From Myxococcota bacterium (lineage in GTDB: Bacteria; Myxococcota_A; UBA9160; SZUA-336): 64,000 nt of DNA. The stretch's first letter is position 1; the number at the start of each line of letters is the position of its first letter. Positions 37,275 through 46,243 of the stretch are shown here, in pieces. The notes beneath the pieces are model-generated. The model saw nothing but the letters and a program-made list of their open reading frames with translations, ran no database searches and was not told the DNA's origin. The stretch spans positions 2,496,001 through 2,560,000 of the forward strand of contig CBDFGR010000003.1 of the NCBI GenBank assembly GCA_965247115.1, given 5' to 3'. The translations under genes and the position numbers were made by a program.

Positions 37275-38255
37275 ATGCGGCTGGGCCGCTACGAATTCCG
37301 CGCGATGGGGAGTCCGTGCGAGCTCAAGCTCTACGGCGCAGCGGGGGACGCCCTCGATCCCGTAGCCGAGGCTGGAATTCGCGAGGTTCGGCGTCTCGAA
37401 CGCAAGTACTCGCGCTATCGCGACGACAGCCTGCTCAGTGCGATCAACCGCAGCGCTGGAGACCCGCAGGGAATCGACGTTGATCCCGAGACGTCGGGCT
37501 TGCTCGACTTTGCGGAGACTTGCTTTCGGCACAGCGAGGGCCTCTTCGACATCACGTCGGGAGTGTTGCGCCACGTGTGGGACTTTCGGTCCGGTCGGCT
37601 CCCGACGCGACAAGCAGTGAATGCCGTGCGCAGCCGGATCGGCTGGCAGCGCGTGCACTGGAAGCGCCCGCGCCTGGTGCTTCCCGATCACGACATGGAG
37701 CTCGACCTGGGCGGCCTCGTAAAGGAGTACGCCGTCGACCGCTGTGCCGAGCGCTGCCGGGCTCTGGGAGTGAGTCGCGGCCTGGTCGATCTGGGGGGCG
37801 ACCTGGCGGCGATCGGCCCCCACCCGGACGGCCACCCCTGGATCGTTGGCATCCGCGACCCGCGACGGCCCCGAGAGGCGCTGGCCTCCATCCCCGTCGG
37901 CCGGGCCTGTGTCGCGAGCAGCGGAGACTACGAGCGCTTCATGATCGTCGACGGCGTGCGCTACGGACACATCCTCGATCCGCGAACGGGCTGGCCCGTA
38001 AGCGGTCTTGCGGGAGTCAGCGTTGTCGCCCCGCTCTGCCTGATCGCGGGCACAGCCTCCACCATCGCCATGCTCAAGGGCGAACGCGACGGCAGCGCCT
38101 GGCTGGACTCGCTCGGCCTGGCAAACCTCCGCGTCACCCAGTCCGGCGTAGTCTCAGGAACGCTCCAGAAAAGCACTCGAACACCACTCTCCCGTTCCAC
38201 TAACGAAGGGAGCGTCCGATGCGGAAGCGGTGGCCGTTCGGATCCTCGATCGTGA
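37275..38255 (+). CDS. apbE: FAD:protein FMN transferase
   Basis: AMGS, FDIT, LDLGGLVKEYAVD, DLGGD, SSGDYER, HILDPRTG. Confidence 0.93.
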   Translation: MRLGRYEFRAMGSPCELKLYGAAGDALDPVAEAGIREVRRLERKYSRYRDDSLLSAINRSAGDPQGIDVDPETSGLLDFAETCFRHSEGLFDITSGVLRHVWDFRSGRLPTRQAVNAVRSRIGWQRVHWKRPRLVLPDHDMELDLGGLVKEYAVDRCAERCRALGVSRGLVDLGGDLAAIGPHPDGHPWIVGIRDPRRPREALASIPVGRACVASSGDYERFMIVDGVRYGHILDPRTGWPVSGLAGVSVVAPLCLIAGTASTIAMLKGERDGSAWLDSLGLANLRVTQSGVVSGTLQKSTRTPLSRSTNEGSVRCGSGGRSDPRS

Positions 38256-38541
38256 ACTCGCGCATGCGCCAGGGTTTGTTTCCGATCTCCGACAGGATCC
38301 TCGCACCTCGCTCGCGACACACGGCATAGAGGAAATCCGCGTCGTCGACCCTGACGCAGCAGCACATGCTCGACCAGGGAGGATCGGATCGCTCCAGGAA
38401 GATCTCGCTGTTCCCGAGCTGGACCGCGCCGAAGCGTTCCCCATCGGTATAGGTGATCTCAAAGTCCAGGATCTCGCGGAACCACTGCTGCGCCTGCGCC
38501 ACATCGGCAACCGGCAGCTGCGGCGTGATGGTCTTCCACAC
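38200..38541 (-). CDS. VOC/glyoxalase/bleomycin-resistance protein
   Basis: ITPQLPVADV, KPWRMREFTIEDPNGH. Confidence 0.85.
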   Translation of the reverse strand: MWKTITPQLPVADVAQAQQWFREILDFEITYTDGERFGAVQLGNSEIFLERSDPPWSSMCCCVRVDDADFLYAVCRERGARILSEIGNKPWRMREFTIEDPNGHRFRIGRSLR

Positions 38542-38544
38542 GGT

Positions 38545-39147
38545 TTAGGAGGCCGGAGCCTCGTCCGCGACTGTCAGCGCCTCCTGCAGGCAACACAGCA
38601 GACGACCGTAGAGACCGATCTTCAGGCCCTCGAGCACGGCGAAGCCGATGAGCGCGAAGATGCTCGAGGTGAGCGCGAGAGCCACCGCGCTGAGCTCCAA
38701 CGAGCCATCCGCCAGGTGCATCGAAAGGAAGAGCACGAGCAAGCCGCCAGTCGTCCCGATGAACCCGATCGGTGGCAAGATGTTCGAGTACATGGAAATG
38801 CGTCGGGCGTAATTGGCGTCGTACTCATTCACCACGTACTGGCGAGTCGCGTCGATCACAAATTCCATCGGATAGCTCTGGTCATCGCGAACCGACTTGC
38901 GCAGGACCCGGAGCATGAGCACAGAGATCGGCTTCACGTGGTGGCGCCCGCCCTTGGTCCCGCCCTCCCGCAGAGCGCGACGCAGCGCGCTCGGTCCCAG
39001 GCTGCGCGTGGCAACCCGTGCCTCGAAGAAGATCTTGAGGCCGCGGTAGAAGGGAATCCAGACGGCGAGCAACGAGCAGGCGCTCACGAGCGCCGTGGTG
39101 GCGACCTCACCGGAGAACATCGAACCGATGTCCAGCTCGTCGAACAT
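38545..39147 (-). CDS. MotA/TolQ/ExbB proton-channel family protein
   Basis: Three TMs; LPPIGFIGTTGG; ALALTSSIFAL; ATG 39147 just after the upstream stop. Confidence 0.8.
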   Translation of the reverse strand: MFDELDIGSMFSGEVATTALVSACSLLAVWIPFYRGLKIFFEARVATRSLGPSALRRALREGGTKGGRHHVKPISVLMLRVLRKSVRDDQSYPMEFVIDATRQYVVNEYDANYARRISMYSNILPPIGFIGTTGGLLVLFLSMHLADGSLELSAVALALTSSIFALIGFAVLEGLKIGLYGRLLCCLQEALTVADEAPAS

Positions 39148-39151
39148 GCGA

Positions 39152-39751
39152 CTAGCCGTGCGGGAGCGGCTCAGGCCAACGACCGGGTCGGCTGCCACTC
39201 TCCCGCTCGCCCAGGGCGCGCAGAGCATCGAGCATGGTGCTCTGCTCCCCCAACGGATACTCCACCAGCATGCTGGCGCGTCCCTCGAAGCGGCGCTGGA
39301 TATCGTCGATGGCCCGTAGAGCGCGGCGACGCTCGCCCAGCTCGATCAGGACCTCGGCCGCGACGAAGCGCATGCCGGCCTCCAGGGTCGTGAGAGCGGG
39401 CTCCTCGCTCGCCGCAGCGCCGCTGAGTAGCGGCTGCACGTGTCCGTCCAGGAACAGGAGCACGAACTCCTCGAAGCGTGCGTTCGGACCCTGTGGGTGC
39501 AGGCGCAGGCTCGCCAGGGTGGCACCGAAGTGCGCCAGGTCACGAGACGCGCGCTGCATCTCGCGCTTTCGCTGCTCCAGAGCCTCGCCGGTGAGCGCGA
39601 CCGTCGACTCGCCGCTGGTCACTTTGATGGGCTCGAGCTTCACCGGGGTCGCGAGGCAGGACGCGAGACCCAGGGCGAGCAACCCGAGCAGTGCCCCGCT
39701 TTGCCAGCGGCGTGCTTCGAACGCGCTCATGCGAACGTCTCCTCCGGTCAT
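39152..39751 (-). CDS. hypothetical helical lipoprotein
   Basis: Lipobox LASC; coiled/TPR-like helices; operonic spacing. Confidence 0.7.
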   Translation of the reverse strand: MTGGDVRMSAFEARRWQSGALLGLLALGLASCLATPVKLEPIKVTSGESTVALTGEALEQRKREMQRASRDLAHFGATLASLRLHPQGPNARFEEFVLLFLDGHVQPLLSGAAASEEPALTTLEAGMRFVAAEVLIELGERRRALRAIDDIQRRFEGRASMLVEYPLGEQSTMLDALRALGERESGSRPGRWPEPLPHG

Positions 39752-39754
39752 AGG

Positions 39755-41863
39755 CTAGGACTCGCTCTCGTGGTAGAGCCGCCGCAGCAGCTCGTGCACG
39801 GGATGGTCGCGCTGCCCGGCCAGCGCCCGCGCCAGCTCGTTCTCGTCGAGCACGGCCTTGTACAGCGGCAATGCGCGCGTGCGGGCCTCGATCTGACGTT
39901 CCAGTCGAGTCAGCGTTCCGGAAGTCTCCGAGAGCTCGCGGGTAACGTCGTGGAGATTCGTCGGAGGCGTCCAGCTCGAGTCGTCCGGGGGAGCAGCAGG
40001 CGCGGCCGGAGGCGCGTCGCCTTTCATCCGCTCGCGCGTGGCGGTGAGCAGGGCGACGCGCTCGACGAGCAGCTGCCTACGTGTCCGCAGCTCCTCGAGG
40101 CTGGTCTCCAGGTCCATCAGGCCGGAGCCCTCTGCGTAGCCCAGGTACATGACCGCGAGCCCATCCGCGAGGGCTCGGCGCATGACACGCAGGCGTGTCG
40201 ACTCCGGCGCGTTGTTCTGGATCCAGGCGTCCAGCACGCGGGAACGAGCCGTGGCGTCCGCAATGGGCTGCACGAGCTCCAGGTAGTTGTTCGCGCGCCC
40301 CCGCCGATCCAGGGCAGCGCGGACAGCCGGCCACAGCTCGTGGTCGAAGGGGAAGATGCGCAGCGCCTGCACGTAGCGCTGGGTGGCGAGGCCAAGCTCG
40401 GTCCCTGTCGACGCGGCAGAGGGATATGCGAGAAACGCATCGCCGTAACCCCGGGCCGCGTCGTAGGCCGCAAAGTAGGCCGAGTCAGGCACACCCTCGC
40501 GACGTTCGCCGGTCACGTAGCGCTGGAAGAAGTCGAGGTAGTGGGCGTAGATGCTGGCCGCGCTGCGAACATGATGGGGTGCGCGGTGGGGTGCCTCGAG
40601 ACTGCGCGACAGGTGGAAGGCCGCCGCGTTGAGGCTGGCCTCCTGGATCTCCTGCCAGAGCCTGCGCATGCCGTCCAGGTAGCCCTTGCGGCCGCTGCCG
40701 CGGTAACCGAGTCGCTCCCAGCCGCCCTCCGGCGCCTCGTATAGCGCGTCGTACACCTGCATGGCCTTGGAGATCGTGAAGGGGGTCTCCACCTCTCGAT
40801 CCACCCCGAGGCGCTGCTTGGCGGCGTACATCTCACCGAGCTGGCGCAGCCCCCGCGTGAACACAGCGGTGTGTCCCTGTACCGTGCGCGATCGCTCCAT
40901 CGCATCCTGGTAGGCGCCGGTGGAGACGTGGAACACCTCCATGGCGTCGGGACTGAGCCCCTCCGCGGCGAGCAGGGAGCGGGCTCGGTCGTGCACCTTG
41001 CGCGCCTCAAAGAGTGCCAGTGTGAAGGTCAGACTTCCGCTGTCGGACTCCGGGCCGTTCAGGCGACGCACGATCCGGTCCAGGTACCCGAAGGACGAGG
41101 CCTCCTTCGGGACCACGCCCGGATGCTGGCCCACACGGCCGTCGTGCAGCATGCGCACCACCGCGCCGAGCGCATCGAGTCCGCGATCCAGCCGCATCTC
41201 CTGCGTGCGGATCAAGATCAGTCGAGTCAGATTCTCGAACACATACGGCAGAGCCGAGGCAAAACCCGCGCTGGCCGAGTGGCTGAGGGAGAGCGTTCGC
41301 AGCGTCTCGTACGGAGCTTCGAGTGGCGTGACCACGTGCAGCCACAGGTCCAGCACGTGCACCACGAAGGCGCCAGGGTCGCGGGCTTCCAGGGCCTCGT
41401 GCGCGAGGATGTAGTGGTACCAGTAGCGGTTCTCGTGCCGTCCGAGGTGCGCGTCGAGGTCGCGGACGGCGGCCACACTGACGTCCAGCGGATGCGAGTC
41501 GCCGCTCGCCAGGTAGAGCAGCAGGTAGGCGATTGCTTTGCGGCGCAGCGCGTGCTCGTCCAGGTCGCGGCGCGCCTCGAACTCCTGGGCCAGGTAGGCC
41601 TCGAGCGTCATGCCGGCCTGCGTTCCATACTCGTCGAGTCGCCCGCGCAGCGCCTCGGGCTCTGCGGACGAGTAGACGTAGGCGTAGTCGAGGTACGCAC
41701 CCCAGGGATTCTCGGTCTCCGTCCAGGCCGATCCCGGTAGCGAGCACAGGACCAGCAGGGCCAGGGACGCCAGGATCCACTCCCGCGTCTCCAGCAGCGC
41801 CCTCCACGCAACGGGAATCTTCATCTCTGGCTCGGCTCCTAGCGGCTGGACGGGTTCAGGCAC
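39755..41863 (-). CDS. large exported all-helical (TPR-like) protein with C-terminal coiled coil
   Basis: Hydrophobic signal-like segment; Tyr/Ala-rich helical repeats; heptad region LETSLEELRTRRQLL; no family recognised. Confidence 0.7.
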   Translation of the reverse strand: MPEPVQPLGAEPEMKIPVAWRALLETREWILASLALLVLCSLPGSAWTETENPWGAYLDYAYVYSSAEPEALRGRLDEYGTQAGMTLEAYLAQEFEARRDLDEHALRRKAIAYLLLYLASGDSHPLDVSVAAVRDLDAHLGRHENRYWYHYILAHEALEARDPGAFVVHVLDLWLHVVTPLEAPYETLRTLSLSHSASAGFASALPYVFENLTRLILIRTQEMRLDRGLDALGAVVRMLHDGRVGQHPGVVPKEASSFGYLDRIVRRLNGPESDSGSLTFTLALFEARKVHDRARSLLAAEGLSPDAMEVFHVSTGAYQDAMERSRTVQGHTAVFTRGLRQLGEMYAAKQRLGVDREVETPFTISKAMQVYDALYEAPEGGWERLGYRGSGRKGYLDGMRRLWQEIQEASLNAAAFHLSRSLEAPHRAPHHVRSAASIYAHYLDFFQRYVTGERREGVPDSAYFAAYDAARGYGDAFLAYPSAASTGTELGLATQRYVQALRIFPFDHELWPAVRAALDRRGRANNYLELVQPIADATARSRVLDAWIQNNAPESTRLRVMRRALADGLAVMYLGYAEGSGLMDLETSLEELRTRRQLLVERVALLTATRERMKGDAPPAAPAAPPDDSSWTPPTNLHDVTRELSETSGTLTRLERQIEARTRALPLYKAVLDENELARALAGQRDHPVHELLRRLYHESES

Positions 41864-43182
41864 TCGAGGGCGAGAGAAAGCTCCGTGCAGCGGTCGCCCA
41901 AGCTCCGCGACTCAGCGCGCTCCACGGAGAGCAGGAACGCGTTGAGGTTCCGGGTCTCGAGGAATCGATAAATACCCGCCTCACTTACGCATTCCTTCTG
42001 CGTAGTAACGGCCGCGATGACCTTCTGCTTGAGGGAATCCTCGCGTCGGTCGGTCTCACAGGCCGCAAGCGATCCGAGCGGAACCCCGCGCAGGCGGCTG
42101 ACCCTTCCGCTGCGGCGCGTTCGCGCGCTCATGTTGCCGTTCGTCCGTCCCACCAGCGGCGCGAGTGCGGGATCCGGCGAGCTCGGCAGTGCTGGAGCGG
42201 TGGGAAGGGGCGGAGCCAGGGCACCGGGCGCGAGCGAGGTGGCCGAGCCCCTTCGCGCCATGCGTGGGGCTCGGGGCGTAGCTCGGGAGGACTCGAGCGA
42301 CTCCGCTGGGAGAGCGGCGGGCCCGGCCGTGATCTGGGGGATCGGCGGTCTGCCCGTGTCGACCCTGGCGACCTGGCGTCGAGCCCTTGCTACGCGTGGT
42401 GCAGCCTCCGCGACCGCGGAGCTCTCGCCGCTAGGCGCGGCCAGCCCGAAGCTCGGAGGGGCTGGCGCTCGCGAAGCCACAGTCGGCCGCAGCCGCTGGG
42501 TCCGGTTCGAAGCTCTGGCCACGTCCCGGAACTCGGCAGGTCGCGAAAGAGGAGCGAGATCCGGAGCCGGGAGTGGGACAGATGGCGCCGTACGTCGGGA
42601 GGGCTGTCGGTGCTCGGGCGGCGGCTCTGGCCTCCTTGGCGCAGCGGCCAGAGCGTCAATGCGAAGTTCGGGTCGCTGTGGCGCCAGGTCGGGCCGTCTG
42701 GGCACGGGCCGGGCGGCGGGTCTCGGTTCGGGCACGACCCGCTGCGCCTCTGGGGCCAGCGGCGGGACGACTTCCAGCATCTTTGGCGGCTCGGGCTCGG
42801 GAACCGACCGCTCAGGGGGCGGCGGTGGGACGGGAGCCGGCACAGGTCTGCGAGCGGGAGGGGGTGGTTCCCGCGCTACCACGAGCTCCGCCGGTTCTGG
42901 CTCCGGCGTCTGGAACGCCACGATCTGGACGCCACCCGTCTCGGAGTCGAGCCTGACCACGGTAAGGGCCGTAGCGATGGCCAGCATGGCAAACAGCGCA
43001 AAGATGCCCGTACTCGTCGCCGCCCGGCGCAGGCTGGGCCTGCTGGGGGCCTGGACGAGCTCCCAGACGCAGTAGCCCAGCCCAGCCCACAGGGGGAGCA
43101 CCGGACGCGATGGGTAGGGCACCGCGCAGATCGGGAGTCGCGCGGCCCCGTAGCCGAAGCAAGCCTCGACCGGCTGCCTCAC
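41839..43182 (-). CDS. TonB/TolA-like proline-rich membrane-anchored protein
   Basis: TM, long Pro/Arg/Ala linker (PEPEP, PPPPP), small C-terminal domain with four Cys; start uncertain. Confidence 0.6.
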   Translation of the reverse strand: MRQPVEACFGYGAARLPICAVPYPSRPVLPLWAGLGYCVWELVQAPSRPSLRRAATSTGIFALFAMLAIATALTVVRLDSETGGVQIVAFQTPEPEPAELVVAREPPPPARRPVPAPVPPPPPERSVPEPEPPKMLEVVPPLAPEAQRVVPEPRPAARPVPRRPDLAPQRPELRIDALAAAPRRPEPPPEHRQPSRRTAPSVPLPAPDLAPLSRPAEFRDVARASNRTQRLRPTVASRAPAPPSFGLAAPSGESSAVAEAAPRVARARRQVARVDTGRPPIPQITAGPAALPAESLESSRATPRAPRMARRGSATSLAPGALAPPLPTAPALPSSPDPALAPLVGRTNGNMSARTRRSGRVSRLRGVPLGSLAACETDRREDSLKQKVIAAVTTQKECVSEAGIYRFLETRNLNAFLLSVERAESRSLGDRCTELSLALECLNPSSR

Positions 43183-43622
43183 AAGCGCTCCGGCCGCCTC
43201 GCTACCGTAGCCCGTCGGTTCTGGGGCCAGACCTCCTCGAGTGCAGTGGCCGCATCCAGCAGATCCTGACTGCGGGAGTCCTGATGTGGAGCAAGCAAGG
43301 GCTTCGCCGCTCCCTCTTCTCGCAGCTCGACGATCCGAGTCAGCAGGGCCCTCCGCTCGAGACGGTCTCCCTCGCCAGGGAAGCCAGGTGGGAGCAGCTC
43401 GAAGGGAGGGACGGCACCTGGCGGATGGACACGGACCTGCCAGGCGTCACCGGCTCCCCTGGAGACGGAGTCTGCGGAGTCCTGGTCGACCTCGGGCAGC
43501 AGGATCTCGCCCAGCTGGGGCGCGTCGGGAACGACCAGCTGTGTCATCGCAATCAGCAGCAGGAACGCGAGATCCACGAACGAGAACAGCCACGAGGGGG
43601 CATTTGCGCTCTCTACCGCCAT
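43179..43622 (-). CDS. ExbD/TolR-like protein
   Basis: TM with the conserved Asp (FVDLAFLLL) followed by a periplasmic domain. Confidence 0.7.
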   Translation of the reverse strand: MAVESANAPSWLFSFVDLAFLLLIAMTQLVVPDAPQLGEILLPEVDQDSADSVSRGAGDAWQVRVHPPGAVPPFELLPPGFPGEGDRLERRALLTRIVELREEGAAKPLLAPHQDSRSQDLLDAATALEEVWPQNRRATVARRPERL

Positions 43623-43694
43623 GGAGGAGTACAGCGGCTGGAGAGGCGAGGGGCTTGAGCGCTCTGAGAGCGCGGCCGGCGTGCGGCTGGAGAC

Positions 43695-46139
43695 CTACCT
43701 CTCGAGCTGATCGATCAGGACCAGGGGCTCCAAATCCGTCTCGTAACGGACCTCACGGGCAACCCGCTGGGCTGCCTCCTCGGACGCATAGGGCCCGAGC
43801 TGTACGAAGTGGACCGGCTCGTCACCCTCCGGGCGCGAGAACACGGTCCCGTCGTAGCCGAGATCGATCAGCAGCTGCAGCAGCCCGATGGCGTCGTGGG
43901 AGTCGTAGAAGAACGCGGCCTGCACGAGAAAGGGGCCGCCGTCCCCGTCGGCCTGCAGCGCCTCGAGCTCCTCTCGGCGCACGCGCTCACGCTCCCGCTT
44001 CTGTGCGCGCAGGTCGGGCAGGAGCGCGACCGGATGCCGCTCGTCGTGCCGCTCCAGCTCGCGCCGCACCGGATTGGGATCGTTCGGGAGCTCTACCCCC
44101 GCGTCGAGCGCCGCCTGACGCTCCGCGAGCTCCTCGGCGGAGTAGCCCGCACTCGCGCCGTCCCGGAACCGCTCGCGCCGCTCCAACGTCAACTGCTCCA
44201 GGTCCTCCGGATCGCGCACAATGTGCGGCGTGAGGATGATCAGCAGGTTCACCTTGCGCACCGTGTCGCTGGTCGTCTTGAATAGCCAGCCCACGATCGG
44301 GATGTCCCCCAGGAACGGCACCTTGCTCTCCGCCACCCCCTGGGTCTCCGAGATGATCCCACCCAGCATCACCGCCTCGCCGTCGCGGACGTAGACCGTA
44401 TTCTCGACCTGGCGGTGGCGCGTCGTCGGACCGAGCTCGTCATCCGTCGACTCCACCTCGCTGATCTCCTGGAAGATCTCGAGGCGCACCGTGTCCCCCT
44501 CGCTGATCTGGGGCGTCACGCGAAGAGTCACGCCGACGTTCTCGCGCGCAATGTTCTGAGAGGTCTGAAAGCCGCCTGCAGCAGAGGGATCGGCCGTCTC
44601 GAGCAGTGTCGTCGGGATCGGGATCTCCTCCCCGATGATGATCTCGGCCTCCTCGTTGTCCGCCGTGAGGATCACCGGCGCAGAGATCAGGTTCGTGTTC
44701 GCATCGTTCCTGGATGCGATCAGCAGGCCCTGAAAGATGGGTACGTTGCCGATTCCCGGTACGAAGATCTGCTTCCCGAGCACGGCCGCGGTGAAGTCCC
44801 CGGCCGTCGACCCGATCAGACCCTCGCCTTTGTTGATCGGGGGGATTCCGGTGGGCTCGCCGAGCGCGCCCGGAGTATCGACTCCGACCGAGAAGAAGCC
44901 CTTGCTGGTGCTGTTCTGGTAGAGCCAGGCAAGTCCCAGGCTCTGGCTGTCGGTGATGTCCACCTCCAGGATGAGCGCTTCGACCATCACCTGTGGCCTG
45001 CGGATGTCGAGGGCAGCGATAACGTCGCTGACGGTCGCGAAGCCTTCTGAGCTGGCCTCGATGATCAAGGAGTTCGTGGGCCCGTCGGCGGTGAAGCGGA
45101 CGCCCGCTCCGAGCTCAGAAATCGCCGCAGCCGCCGCCGCCGAAGCTCCACGCAGCGCCGTCCCGGGGGGTGCAGCCGTCAGCGCAGCGAGCGTCTGCGC
45201 CATCTCCTCGGCGTCTGCGTTCTGGAGGCGGTACACGTGAATCCGTCCAGAGCCCTTGCGCTCGTAATCGAGCAGTCGAATCAGCTTTTCGATCTCGCGG
45301 ATCATGGTCCGCGTCGCTACCACGATGACGGAGTTCGTACGCTCGTCTACCAGGAAGCGCGGCTCTCCCGCAATGCCGACCGCAGCTACCCGTGCCGCGG
45401 CCCGCTGGGCGGCGGGCCTGGCTCGAGGAGCTCTCGCGGCCGGCGCTCCGCGTGTACCCTCGGAAAATCTCTCCTTGAGCTGGGCGACGAGGACCGAGGC
45501 ATCCGCGTACTCGATCGGCACGATCTTTACCTGCTCGCGATACGTCTCGATGTCGATCTGCCCGATGATCGTGAGCAGACGCCGGATGTTGGCGGCGCTG
45601 TCCGTGATGATGAGCGAGTTCGTCGGCTGATACGCAATCAGGCTCGCCGCTCTCGAGATCAGGGGCCGCAGCGTGTTACTGATCGCGTCCGCCTTCACGT
45701 AGCTGAGCGGGATGAGTCGGGTGACGTAGAGATCCCGGTTCGGTACGGCGACCTGGCTCGGCAAGGTCTCGATCGCCGACGCCTTGGCCTCGCTGATCTG
45801 CACGATCTTCAGGGTGCCGCCAGGGCCGGGTACGGTGGTCAGCCCCCTGACCTGAAGAATCGACTCGAAGACACGATAGGCCTCGTCGATCGTGACGGGC
45901 GTCGGTGAGATCACGGTCACCCGGCCGCTGACACGATCCTGGTCGTACAGGAAGTTCTTGCCCGTGAGCTCGGCGATCATGGCGATCACATCGGTGAGCT
46001 CGGTGTTCTGAAAGTCGAGCGTTACCGGCTCGCCCGGACGGGCTTGTGCGCGTGCCACGAGCGGTACGCTCGCCAGCAGCAGCACGAGCAAGATCGGAGT
46101 GGCGCGGATCACGTCATTCCATCGCGAGGCACGCTGCAA
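43695..46139 (-). CDS. gspD: type II secretion-type secretin GspD with C-terminal SPOR domain
   Basis: N0 (LDFQNTEL..GKNF), N1-N3 (TNSLII repeats), QVMVEALILEV, KVPFLGDIPIVGWLF; tail FLVQAAFF..VQLGPYAS. Confidence 0.92.
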   Translation of the reverse strand: MQRASRWNDVIRATPILLVLLLASVPLVARAQARPGEPVTLDFQNTELTDVIAMIAELTGKNFLYDQDRVSGRVTVISPTPVTIDEAYRVFESILQVRGLTTVPGPGGTLKIVQISEAKASAIETLPSQVAVPNRDLYVTRLIPLSYVKADAISNTLRPLISRAASLIAYQPTNSLIITDSAANIRRLLTIIGQIDIETYREQVKIVPIEYADASVLVAQLKERFSEGTRGAPAARAPRARPAAQRAAARVAAVGIAGEPRFLVDERTNSVIVVATRTMIREIEKLIRLLDYERKGSGRIHVYRLQNADAEEMAQTLAALTAAPPGTALRGASAAAAAAISELGAGVRFTADGPTNSLIIEASSEGFATVSDVIAALDIRRPQVMVEALILEVDITDSQSLGLAWLYQNSTSKGFFSVGVDTPGALGEPTGIPPINKGEGLIGSTAGDFTAAVLGKQIFVPGIGNVPIFQGLLIASRNDANTNLISAPVILTADNEEAEIIIGEEIPIPTTLLETADPSAAGGFQTSQNIARENVGVTLRVTPQISEGDTVRLEIFQEISEVESTDDELGPTTRHRQVENTVYVRDGEAVMLGGIISETQGVAESKVPFLGDIPIVGWLFKTTSDTVRKVNLLIILTPHIVRDPEDLEQLTLERRERFRDGASAGYSAEELAERQAALDAGVELPNDPNPVRRELERHDERHPVALLPDLRAQKRERERVRREELEALQADGDGGPFLVQAAFFYDSHDAIGLLQLLIDLGYDGTVFSRPEGDEPVHFVQLGPYASEEAAQRVAREVRYETDLEPLVLIDQLER

Positions 46140-46243
46140 AGGTCGCCCGCATGCGAGCGTGCTTCAAGTGCAGACGCACGTGTCGCTGCTGGCTCACGCG
46201 GAACGAAGAGTCCTCGGATGCTGCAGGCGTTCGCCGAAACGAC

